The notes under the pieces are model-generated. The model did no database searches. It worked only from the letters and a program-made list of their open reading frames with translations, and had not been told where the DNA came from. The translations under genes and the position numbers were made by a program. From the NCBI GenBank assembly GCA_016930795.1, contig JAFGFY010000093.1, forward strand, positions 6,306-70,305: 64,000 nucleotides of DNA, written 5' to 3'. This document shows, one piece after another, positions 10,052 to 18,390 of the stretch. Every line of letters starts with the position of its first letter. Position 1 is the first letter of the stretch. This stretch comes from Deltaproteobacteria bacterium (GTDB lineage Bacteria; Desulfobacterota; DSM-4660; Desulfatiglandales; HGW-15).

Positions 10052-10385
10052 GAGTTCATCAATTCAAAAATACAGCAATTTCAATCGGTTGAATAATCGA
10101 TTTAGACATTGATCTATACACAGCTAACCCATCAATGGTCTATTTAGCCTATTAATGGCATTTTCCACTGTGGAATCTCATGACATGCTGCAGTTATATC
10201 TCCTGATGAGCTCATAGGTATGGATTGATTTATCTTGGTTGTGATCAGCCGCCTCTATTTGTACCCGTAAGTACACAGCCAGGACTTAGGCCGCATTAGT
10301 GAAGTGGAAGAAATTCTTGCTCAGACCGTCTACTAATTGACAGAAGACTATAGGATTCTACCCTTTTTCTGATTTTCAGGGCTGA

Positions 10386-10580
10386 AAAAGACGATATAGG
10401 CCCCGAATGTTGATTGGAGCCGAATCCTACGACAATCTCAAAAACAGCCACAGTGAATGGGTGGAAGAATACCTGGGGAACGTAGCAGAAGTCCGACAAG
10501 ATGAGTGGAGGGGTCGTATCGCTGTTGGAAGTCAGTCATTTGTGGATAAGCGGATTATTTTCTCCAGAACTCAGGTGTGA
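10386..10580 (+). pseudogene. C-terminal relic of a COG1943/REP-associated-tyrosine-transposase-like protein
   Basis: The frame is open only from 10386 and reads KRRYRPRMLIGAESYDNLKNSHSEWVEEYLGNVAEVRQDEWRGRIAVGSQSFVDKR... The pattern SY..LK..H..WVE......W..(S)IAVGS.SFV matches my memory of the C-terminal part of this transposase family. There is no N-terminal catalytic part, and the tail overlaps the trkH 3' end. Confidence 0.35.
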
Positions 10581-12003
10581 GTAGAACCAAAACAGTATAG
10601 ATTTCAAGCCTTCCAAGCAGCATGCAGAATATCAGTATCCACTTTCCGGTCACAGGTATACCCAGATAATTACCAACAGGACCTACAATTCCCAAACCCG
10701 GGCCGACATTAAATATGCATGCCGCGACTGAAGAAAATGAAGATACCATATCCAGCCCGAGCATTGCCATAAAGATAGAGCCTGATACAAATAACAAGAG
10801 ATATAGAGTAAAAAAGCCCCAGATACTGTTAAGTGTTTCCTGCGGTACCGCTCTGCCGCCGAGCTTGATTGTAGTAACTGCGTGAGGATGGACTATTCGG
10901 AAGATCTCCTGGTATCCGTGTTCTATAAGAAGCATGACACGCATGGTCTTCAATCCGCCTCCGGTGGAGCCTGCCATGCCTCCAAGAAACATACATATCA
11001 GGAGAAGACTGCATGAAAGTGTAGGCCAAAGAACGAAATCCGCTTTAACAAAACCAGTTGTAGTGATAATTGAAGTCACCTGAAAGGATGCAAAACGAAA
11101 GGCACTTAAAAGGCTGTTATAGACCGTTCCATAGATATTAAATGTCACAACACCTGTAATAAAAATAACAAAAGACAAAAAAACTTTGCATTCCGGATCT
11201 TTCCAGAAAACCCGCGGACCTTCACTTATCACCTTAAAATGCAGCGAAAAGTTGATACCGGCCATAATCATAAAAACAACAATAACAGCATCAATATACG
11301 CACTGTCATAATAGGCTATGCTGGCATTCTTGGGAGAGAATCCCCCCGTCGGCATTGTGCAGAATGCGTGGTTGACCGCATCAAAAAACGGCATACCTCC
11401 AATAGAAAGGAATATTATCTCCAGCGCAGTAATGATGAGGTATACTTTCCAGAGGGTTTTTGCGGTATCCGATATCCTGGGTTTTAATTTATCAACAACC
11501 GGACTTGGTATCTCCGCCCTGTATAACTGCATTCCGCCAACCCCGAGAAATGGCAGTATAGCGATTGATAATACTATGATACCCATACCGCCCAGCCATT
11601 GTGTAAGGCTGCGCCATAAAAGAATTCCAGCAGACACCTCTTCGATATCTGATAAAATGGTTGCCCCGGTTGTTGTAAAACCTGAGACAGATTCAAAATA
11701 GGCATCGGTAAAATTTGGTATAGCTCCTGAAATAAGAAACGGGATGGCTCCGACCAGCCCTGCAGCTATCCAACCAAAGGTCACAATTGCTACACCATCT
11801 CTGTGACTGAGGTGAACTTCCTTATTTTTTTTTGTAGACAGAAAAATGATAGTCCCAATGCCAACTGTGATGATAAGAGACCCCGCCAGGGCATTGCTGC
11901 TGCCATCCCCGGTAAGCAGTGCAGCCCCGAAAGGTAGGCACATCGATGCCCCAAGGAAAATTATAAGGATGCCAATAAATCTCAGGACACTGTTAGGATT
12001 CAT
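10555..12003 (-). CDS. trkH: Trk-type potassium uptake protein TrkH
   Basis: A 482-aa polytopic protein with four pore-loop-like motifs: GFTTTGAT, MPTGGFS, TTTGF and STGGGLKT. Confidence 0.93.
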   Translation of the reverse strand: MNPNSVLRFIGILIIFLGASMCLPFGAALLTGDGSSNALAGSLIITVGIGTIIFLSTKKNKEVHLSHRDGVAIVTFGWIAAGLVGAIPFLISGAIPNFTDAYFESVSGFTTTGATILSDIEEVSAGILLWRSLTQWLGGMGIIVLSIAILPFLGVGGMQLYRAEIPSPVVDKLKPRISDTAKTLWKVYLIITALEIIFLSIGGMPFFDAVNHAFCTMPTGGFSPKNASIAYYDSAYIDAVIVVFMIMAGINFSLHFKVISEGPRVFWKDPECKVFLSFVIFITGVVTFNIYGTVYNSLLSAFRFASFQVTSIITTTGFVKADFVLWPTLSCSLLLICMFLGGMAGSTGGGLKTMRVMLLIEHGYQEIFRIVHPHAVTTIKLGGRAVPQETLNSIWGFFTLYLLLFVSGSIFMAMLGLDMVSSFSSVAACIFNVGPGLGIVGPVGNYLGIPVTGKWILIFCMLLGRLEIYTVLVLLTPEFWRK

Positions 12004-13361
12004 TAGAAATAATCCAGCTTTACGGTAAGGAGTTTTTCCAGTTTGTGGATGACATCTCTCAGGGCGAAAAAGATAAGCCTGTCATTGCTATTTATCAAAG
12101 TAGTTCCATTGGGTATAATGATCTCGTCTTTTCTGATAACAGCTCCTACCAGCGCTCCTTTGGGGAATTTTATCTGGGATATGGGTTTGTCGACTATATC
12201 AGATGTCTCAAGGGCTTCCACCTCAATGGCCTCTGCCTGTTCCCCCTTAAGCGGGGCAACCGAGATTACCTTACCTCTTCTTATATATTGAAGAATAGCC
12301 CTTACAGCAGACAACCTGGGGCTTACAACCGTATCAATCCCGATAGCTGAAACAAGCGGTATATAACTAAGTTTACTTATCCGAGTAATGATCTTTTTGG
12401 CGCCTAGTTCCTTGGCAAGAAGAGACATCAATACATTGTTTTCCTCGTCTCCCGTCAAAGCAACATGAAAATCCATTTCTCCAATATTCTCTTCAAGAAG
12501 GAGATCTTTATCCGTGCCGTCTCCACAGATTATCACCGGCTTTTCCAACCGCTCGGCAAGGACTGTGCATCTATTGCTGTCTTTTTCTATTATTTTTGTA
12601 TGAAGCTTCGTATCATCCAGGGCTTCCCCAAGTGCGCCGCCGGTATCTCCTCCACCTATTATCATGACATTTCTTACACCTTTATCATTGATCCCGAGAA
12701 ATTGAAAAACCTTGCTCATCTCATTCGACCTTATTACAAGGTAAATCAGATCTCCTTCATGTATCATATCACTCCCATGGGGGATAAGCACCTTTTCATC
12801 TCTTATTATGGCACCGATTAGTAGGTTCCCGGTAAAATCTCTGAACGAACTTAATTGACGGCCTCTGAGTGAGGAGTCTTTGGTGATGGTAAATCCAATC
12901 AATTTTACTCTGCCATCTACAAAATCGATCACATCGGAAGCACCCGGCACCATCATAAGATTTCTTATTGTTTCAACCATTGCTGATTCAGGGTTGATAA
13001 TCTGGTCGACCCCTAAAAGGCTTTCACCAAAGAGTTCTTTTTCCTCAAGATATTCTCTATTCCTGACCCTTGCTACCTTCAGTATATAACGGTTCAGGTT
13101 CCTTGCAAGCAGGCAGGCTATAAGATTAGCTTCATCACTGTCTGTCGCTGCAACAAGCATATCAACGCCTGTTATTCCCGCGGTCTTAAGTGTTTCAGGG
13201 CTTGTTCCGGAACCGGTAATAGCCTGCACATCAAGATTATCTGTTATTCTCTTTATTTGTTCGGGGTCTTTATCAATTAGAACAACATCCTGCCCTTCTT
13301 CAGACAGTTTCTGCGCACAATGAAAACCGACTTCTCCCGCACCGACAATAATTATCTTCAA
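12003..13361 (-). CDS. trkA: Trk system NAD-binding component TrkA
   Basis: Two tandem Rossmann halves (MKIIIVGAGEVG and VMIIGGGDTGG) in 452 aa. The stop overlaps the trkH start (TAATG). Confidence 0.93.
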   Translation of the reverse strand: MKIIIVGAGEVGFHCAQKLSEEGQDVVLIDKDPEQIKRITDNLDVQAITGSGTSPETLKTAGITGVDMLVAATDSDEANLIACLLARNLNRYILKVARVRNREYLEEKELFGESLLGVDQIINPESAMVETIRNLMMVPGASDVIDFVDGRVKLIGFTITKDSSLRGRQLSSFRDFTGNLLIGAIIRDEKVLIPHGSDMIHEGDLIYLVIRSNEMSKVFQFLGINDKGVRNVMIIGGGDTGGALGEALDDTKLHTKIIEKDSNRCTVLAERLEKPVIICGDGTDKDLLLEENIGEMDFHVALTGDEENNVLMSLLAKELGAKKIITRISKLSYIPLVSAIGIDTVVSPRLSAVRAILQYIRRGKVISVAPLKGEQAEAIEVEALETSDIVDKPISQIKFPKGALVGAVIRKDEIIIPNGTTLINSNDRLIFFALRDVIHKLEKLLTVKLDYF

Positions 13362-13487
13362 TTTATAAACCTCTTTTGATTTTGACTGTTATGGTAATTG
13401 TTTTTATATCAGCTTCATTACGATGTCAATATTCTTGAAAATGCCTAAGAGTTCAAGCGGTTTTCAGTTGTGACGATACTTATCTTT

Positions 13488-13540
13488 TTGACATACCAAA
13501 CTCGTCATAATAAAATGACCTGAATTTTGGTAGACCAAAA
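13488..13540 (+). promoter_or_regulatory. Sigma-70-type promoter plus operator-like inverted repeat of the TA locus
   Basis: TTGACA (13488-13493), a 17-nt spacer, then TAAAAT (13511-13516). This is followed by the inverted repeat TTTTGGT-AG-ACCAAAA (13525-13540), just upstream of the RBS TGGAGG. Confidence 0.5.
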
Positions 13541-13553
13541 TGGAGGTCAACTT

Positions 13554-13736
13554 ATGGAAACGTTGTCCCTTTCCGAGGCGAAAATCAAGCTCAGCAGTCT
13601 TGTTGAAAAAGTAAACAGTATGGATGAGGAGATTATCATCACGAAAAACGGCCGTCCCGCTGCTGTCCTCGTGAGTCCGGATGAATATGAGGGATGGAAG
13701 GAGACTAATTTGAAAGGAAGATCAAGAGTGCCCTGA
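13554..13736 (+). CDS. Phd/YefM-type antitoxin, apparently C-terminally truncated (60 aa)
   Basis: METLSLSEAKIKLSSLVEKVNSMDEEIIITKNGRPAAVLVSPDEYEGWKET is typical of the family. The sequence then ends abruptly in NLKGRSRVP. ATG 13554 follows the RBS TGGAGG. Confidence 0.7.
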   Translation: METLSLSEAKIKLSSLVEKVNSMDEEIIITKNGRPAAVLVSPDEYEGWKETNLKGRSRVP

Positions 13737-13948
13737 AAAGTATCATAGAAAAGCCTCATTCTGGGAAATTGTTTAGGAATGAACTGGGAGGATTGAGGAG
13801 TGTGCATGTCAGTAGGTTTCGTATCATATACCGGTTAAATGCTAAGAAAGAGATCCAAATAGTCGCGATTGGTCCTATGGCAACCATATATGAAGAAACC
13901 TACCGCCTTATCACGAAAGGAAAGGCGTTTAAAGATGAAAACCCTTAA
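13709..13948 (+). pseudogene. RelE/ParE-family toxin remnant lacking its N-terminus and a start codon
   Basis: The frame opens right after a TAA (13706-13708) and reads FERKIKSALKSIIEKPHSGKLFRNELGGLRSVHVSRFRIIYRLNAKKEIQIVAIGPMATIYEE... This is the RelE/ParE core pattern. There is no ATG/GTG/TTG near the opening, and the usual IGHR position reads IGPM. Confidence 0.6.
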
Positions 13949-14012
13949 TCGCTTTTGTATTACTCATCATTAAGAGAAATCTAAAATCTTCTTTCCTCTC
14001 CTTTCACACATT

Positions 14013-14171
14013 TCAATTGTCCATTTTCGCTTGATCATCATCGATGCACGGCCAAACAGGTTTGACATTCGGAGGTGCCTTGAAACTCGGATGATAAATC
14101 GTTTCTCCCAGCTTCAGCCTTCGAATCCAGTCAACATATGGAGCCCCACGGGTAAACCTGTGGGGCTCCAT
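14013..14171 (-). CDS. Hypothetical small protein (52 aa from the only in-frame ATG); possibly a gene relic
   Basis: The 153-aa track ORF overlaps the DUF853 gene. Downstream of that gene's stop, the only start codon is the ATG at 14171 (MEPHRFTRGAPYVDWIRRLKLGETIYHP...), and it has no clear RBS. Confidence 0.2.
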   Translation of the reverse strand: MEPHRFTRGAPYVDWIRRLKLGETIYHPSFKAPPNVKPVWPCIDDDQAKMDN

Positions 14172-14292
14172 TCTATCGATTTTTTTGCACTTAAGCTTTT
14201 GATCTCTTTCAATCCTCTGAGACAGGCGGCTATATCCTTTTAATGCGGCCGAAAGGATATCCCATGCCTCTTTTTCACCCTGTAAAATATGG

Positions 14293-15792
14293 TTATCGAC
14301 GTCTTGTTCCTCCAAGAATCCCTCCCAGTATCCCACGCATGATCTGCCGACCCACCTGGCTGCCGACAGTGCGCATTGTCTGCTTGACCATAGTTTCCAC
14401 CATCCCCTGTCGCCGTTTGGTACCCCAGAAAAGATCCCCAAACATCCCACGCCCCTTTTCAGCCGGCTTCTCAATCTTAATCTGCCTCTGTTCAGGTCCA
14501 GGCTGTGCCTCCACCTTTCCCAATGCCCGCCTGTTTAATATCTCGTATGCGGATTCGCGGTTCATAGCAGTATCATACTTTATGCCGATAGGGCTTCGCG
14601 CCCTTATTATGGCACGTTCTTCCGGTGTTATCGTCCCCATTCGGCAGCGTGGTGGACAAATGATGGTCCGCTCCACAGGCAAGGGAACACCTTTTTCTTG
14701 AAGGGTTGATACCAGTGCCTCGCCCACTCCGAGCTGGGAAATGACAGAGGCGACATCAAGTTTGGGATTGACAGCAAATGTCTCCGCGGCGGTCTTTACT
14801 GCCTTCTGGTCGCGGGGCGTGTAGGCGCGCAGAGCATGTTGAATTCGGTTGCCCATCTGACCCAGGATCTCGCCCGGTACATCATCCGGGAATTGAGAAC
14901 AGAAGTACACGCCCACGCCTTTTGAGCGGATAAGCCTTACTGCCTGTTCCACACGCTGGCGGAGCATCGTTGGGGCATCATCAAACAGCAGATGCGCTTC
15001 GTCAAAGAAAAATACAAGCCTCGGCTTATCAAGGTCCCCAACCTCCGGAAGGTTCTCAAATAACTCAGACAGAAGCCAAAGGAGGAAGCTTGAATACAGC
15101 CTCGGTTTCAGAATAAGCTGATCTGCGGCAAGTATGTTCACAATGCCCCGACCGGAAAGATCGGTGCGCAAAAAGTCGTTCAACTCCAGGGCAGGCTCTC
15201 CAAACATGCAGCTGCCACCTTCTCTCTCAAAAGCCAGCAGGGCGCGCTGGATAGCTGCCACTGACTTTGTGCTTACGAGTCCATATTGTGCAGATATTGC
15301 TTTGCTGTTCTCGGCAATATAACTGAGGATGGCGCGGAAGTCATCAAGATCAAGTAGGAGAAGGCCCTGTTCATCAGCCATTTTAAAAGCTATTTCCAGT
15401 GTCCCCTCCTGGATATCGTTAAGCTCAAGCATCCGGCTTAATAGGCTTGGCCCCATCTCGCTGATGGTTACCCTCACAGGATGCCCCAACTTGCCGTACA
15501 GATCCCAGAATACAGATGGAGATGGTTCATTCAGGTAGCCATCAATGCCGATCTGGGAAATCCGCTGCTGTATCTTTTCGTTTAAGGCGCCTGCCATTGC
15601 AATACCTGCGACATCGCCTTTAACATCAGACATAAACACAGGCACCCCCATGCGGGAAAAGCCTTCCGCGAGAACAAGGAGAGAGATAGTCTTACCGGTG
15701 CCGGTAGCGCCGGCGATAAGCCCATGCCTGTTGCCGTATTTGGATAAAAGGTGAACCTGCTGTTCGCCCTTGCCTATGAGTATATTTTTCAT
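14293..15792 (-). CDS. HerA-like P-loop ATPase, DUF853 (YjgR) family
   Basis: Walker A GLIAGATGTGKT, Walker B RLVFFFDEAHLLF, and a Gly/Arg-rich C-terminal tail. Confidence 0.9.
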   Translation of the reverse strand: MKNILIGKGEQQVHLLSKYGNRHGLIAGATGTGKTISLLVLAEGFSRMGVPVFMSDVKGDVAGIAMAGALNEKIQQRISQIGIDGYLNEPSPSVFWDLYGKLGHPVRVTISEMGPSLLSRMLELNDIQEGTLEIAFKMADEQGLLLLDLDDFRAILSYIAENSKAISAQYGLVSTKSVAAIQRALLAFEREGGSCMFGEPALELNDFLRTDLSGRGIVNILAADQLILKPRLYSSFLLWLLSELFENLPEVGDLDKPRLVFFFDEAHLLFDDAPTMLRQRVEQAVRLIRSKGVGVYFCSQFPDDVPGEILGQMGNRIQHALRAYTPRDQKAVKTAAETFAVNPKLDVASVISQLGVGEALVSTLQEKGVPLPVERTIICPPRCRMGTITPEERAIIRARSPIGIKYDTAMNRESAYEILNRRALGKVEAQPGPEQRQIKIEKPAEKGRGMFGDLFWGTKRRQGMVETMVKQTMRTVGSQVGRQIMRGILGGILGGTRRR

Positions 15793-15878
15793 GATGCCAT
15801 CCTTTTAGAAATCAGCTCGTTTACAAGCTTTCTACGGCAAGTGTATCAGGCTTGTCGCGTCGCAGCTTTATACGAAGG

Positions 15879-15895
15879 CTGGATTCCGCCTACGC
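15879..15895. repeat. Fragment of a GGAATCC-core REP-like repeat
   Basis: CTGGATTCCGCCTACGC. The 10-mer CTGGATTCCG recurs at 45510. Confidence 0.4.
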
Positions 15896-16069
15896 AAAAG
15901 AGATCAAGCTTCAGTCTTCGCTAAGCACTTAGAAGAGGAAACCTTATGGGTTATAAATGAAATATTTTAAAAAATCATTTTTTTCATTAGCATATTAAGG
16001 CTAAACCGGTCAAGCTATGAGGCATGAAATTGGAGATAGGTTTCTTCTCAAGATACAAAAGGCCTTAAT

Positions 16070-16516
16070 CTATTCCAGAAGACCGGTTTCACTGTTGTAG
16101 CGGGAAGAAAACACAGCCGACATACCGGAGAACACATTGCATCGAGTCAGTACATGTTCAGCAACAGCCCTCCTCTTCTCCTCTTCCAGGCTATTATAGC
16201 TCTGAACAAAAAGGTCCTCCTGAGAAAGCTTCGAAAGGACCGACCAGATTTCCTCGGGCGACATGTCTGGTGTCAGAGCAAGTGCATCTTCCGTCGCCGA
16301 AACCTCGAAGTTCCCTTTGGCTTTCTGAAGCAGCGCATCGAGTTCATCCTTAATGGCTTGAACTTCAATCTCCAAAGTTCTGTAGGAAGCACACGTCTTG
16401 GAAATAGGACACATGACGTCGTGTCCTCCTGCTTTCAAAGGAATGCCGATAGAAACGACGGTTTCCTCCCCCACTCCGCTTCCCGACCCTGAAATCAATT
16501 CAAAAATGCCCTTCAT
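16070..16516 (-). CDS. Hypothetical protein, 148 aa
   Basis: A clean ORF with a coiled-coil-like centre (EIEVQAIKDELDALLQKAK). I did not recognise any family. Confidence 0.6.
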   Translation of the reverse strand: MKGIFELISGSGSGVGEETVVSIGIPLKAGGHDVMCPISKTCASYRTLEIEVQAIKDELDALLQKAKGNFEVSATEDALALTPDMSPEEIWSVLSKLSQEDLFVQSYNSLEEEKRRAVAEHVLTRCNVFSGMSAVFSSRYNSETGLLE

Positions 16517-16688
16517 GTTTCCCCCTCATTCAAATAATGCATCATACAACCCGTTTATATCCCTACAACCTTCAGTAGGCAACTCTATTCCGTTGGGTCT
16601 AGACACCCCTGTGGCTGGACTCTGGGCTTATCTTCCAAATTCACTGACTAGACACACGGCCACACAATACAGGTGAAAGGCTGGAAGC

Positions 16689-16710
16689 GCGGGGAATCTA
16701 GATTCCCCGC
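16689..16710. repeat. Perfect 22-bp palindrome GCGGGGAATCTAGATTCCCCGC
   Basis: Verified base by base to be self-complementary. It lies in the divergent spacer between 16516 and 16861. Confidence 0.9.
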
Positions 16711-16860
16711 TACTCTGCGGCGGCGTAATTGATTTAGAGGTGCAATGGACAATTTCGATAAAATGTGCTTTAATAATTCAATCTTCTCACAGTTTAATTA
16801 TATGCTTCTTGCCTGCTTTTCGCGGGTTTTCCCCACAGGAGGGCTTCGTCGCTCTAGAGT

Positions 16861-18348
16861 ATGATAAATCCTCTTTTCTTGTTACCCATTAGACAGAATA
16901 AGAGCTTTCCCCTCCTCCTATTCATCGCGCTTCTATCCTCTATCCTCGCGCGACCGGCAAAGGCCGAATCCGATCCCACAGATCCATATACGGCTGTGGC
17001 CGGTCTCATGGACCTGCGATCAACATTTAGTGACGGCGTTCACAGCATTGAGGAAATCGTGCGAATGGCCGAAACGAGGGGATTCAAGGTTGTCTTCATT
17101 AGCGATCATAATCGGATCGCCCTCTCCTACGGCATTCCCCTCTTCAGAAATATTCTAAGGTATAAAAAAGAAAATCCATCTATCATGACTCATGGACCAG
17201 ACGAGTACCTTCGTGAGATCGAAGAGGTGTGCAAGAAATACCCTCATATGATCATCATTCCCGGTTGTGTGACGTCGAGCTATTACTATTGGACAGGCTC
17301 CTGGTGGAACAAGGATCTAACCGCCCATGAATATCACCGCAGAATCCTCGCGGTTGATTTGATGGAACCACGAGATTATTCCCATCTACCGGACCTTGGA
17401 AATGGATGGTCACTTGAATACACAAATGAACTACTCCCAGGTTTAATACTGTTCGTCGTTCCATTGATCATCGGTCTTGTGCTCTTGAGACAAAAAGGCT
17501 CTTATCGATGGATCGGTCTCATTCTCTTCATTGTATCGCTCCTTGCTGTTATGGATCACCACCCCTTCAAAAGTTCCCTTTATAACGCCTACGATGGAGA
17601 TCAAGGCATTGCCCCTTTTCAGGAGGTGATCGATTATGTGAACCAAAGAGGCGGACTCTGTTTCTGGAATTATCCTGAACAGAAATCCGGGATTAGGGAA
17701 TATGGTCCCATTCACCTGAACACGCCCCCTTATCCTGAAGTGCTCTATCAATCCAAAGACTACACGGGCTTTTCAGCAATCTACGGCGAGAATCCCACCG
17801 TCATAGACCCAGGAAAGGAATGGGATAGGGTTTTGAATGAGTATTGCCATGGGAAACGGACCAGACCTCCCTGGGGAATCTGCACATCTGAATTCCATGA
17901 GGATGGTCGATGGGGACTGAAACTGGGGGTCTATCCTAACACTCTCTTGGTGAAGGATTTTTCAAAAGAGGGTGTCATGGAGGCCATTAGAAGCGGCCGT
18001 ATGTACTGTTCCCGGGGTGATGGGCAAACCTGGCCAAAGCTGGAGTATTTTAATGTCTATGGAGAAGAAGAGAATAAGGCCTTCATGGGGGATACACTGA
18101 TAACTTCACGCTTCCCCCTCATCGCGTTTAGCGTCTCGGATGACAGGGAAAAATTTAGGGATAAGGATACAACGATTCATCTTATTCGAGGCGGAACCCT
18201 GATATACACTTTTCAAGGAAAAACACCCATGGAAATCAAATACAAGGATGAGAAAGCGCCAGCGAATGAGAAGACCTATTATCGGCTTATAGATGAGAAA
18301 AAGCACCTGACTTCCAATCCGATTTTTGTGATATACAAACCCTTGTAA
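16861..18348 (+). CDS. Exported/membrane PHP-domain-like protein (atypical first motif)
   Basis: Signal peptide ending ARPAKAES, then MDLRSTFSDGVHSIEEIV...VVFISDHN, and two central TM segments (LILFVVPLIIGLVLL, WIGLILFIVSLLAVM). The usual DLHxHT reads DLRST. Confidence 0.75.
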   Translation: MINPLFLLPIRQNKSFPLLLFIALLSSILARPAKAESDPTDPYTAVAGLMDLRSTFSDGVHSIEEIVRMAETRGFKVVFISDHNRIALSYGIPLFRNILRYKKENPSIMTHGPDEYLREIEEVCKKYPHMIIIPGCVTSSYYYWTGSWWNKDLTAHEYHRRILAVDLMEPRDYSHLPDLGNGWSLEYTNELLPGLILFVVPLIIGLVLLRQKGSYRWIGLILFIVSLLAVMDHHPFKSSLYNAYDGDQGIAPFQEVIDYVNQRGGLCFWNYPEQKSGIREYGPIHLNTPPYPEVLYQSKDYTGFSAIYGENPTVIDPGKEWDRVLNEYCHGKRTRPPWGICTSEFHEDGRWGLKLGVYPNTLLVKDFSKEGVMEAIRSGRMYCSRGDGQTWPKLEYFNVYGEEENKAFMGDTLITSRFPLIAFSVSDDREKFRDKDTTIHLIRGGTLIYTFQGKTPMEIKYKDEKAPANEKTYYRLIDEKKHLTSNPIFVIYKPL

Positions 18349-18390
18349 TTTTCGATTTTGGATTTTTGATCTTTGATTTTGGATCTGCGT

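Noticed and set aside
13362-13487. Possible c-di-AMP (ydaO/kimA-type) riboswitch upstream of the trkA potassium-uptake operon.
   Set aside because: The leader is short and AT-rich. I could not see the paired ACGGGGA/CCCG-type conserved elements. An Infernal scan would settle it.
13701-13712. Programmed -1 frameshift joining the antitoxin and toxin frames.
   Set aside because: There is no X-XXY-YYZ slippery heptamer (the sequence is GAGACTAATTTG). The toxin frame has a TAA immediately upstream. A deletion is the simpler explanation.
14293-15792. The HerA-like ATPase could be part of an anti-phage defence system (HerA with Sir2, DUF4297 or NurA-type partners).
   Set aside because: It is the DUF853/YjgR type with the typical Gly/Arg tail. 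No nuclease, Sir2 or other effector partner is adjacent. The neighbouring TA pair is decayed.
18354-18384. Direct repeat GATTTTGGAT occurring twice, 21 nt apart, just upstream of asnB.
   Set aside because: The spacer is very T-rich and low-complexity, and only two short copies exist. There is not enough signal to call a regulatory site.
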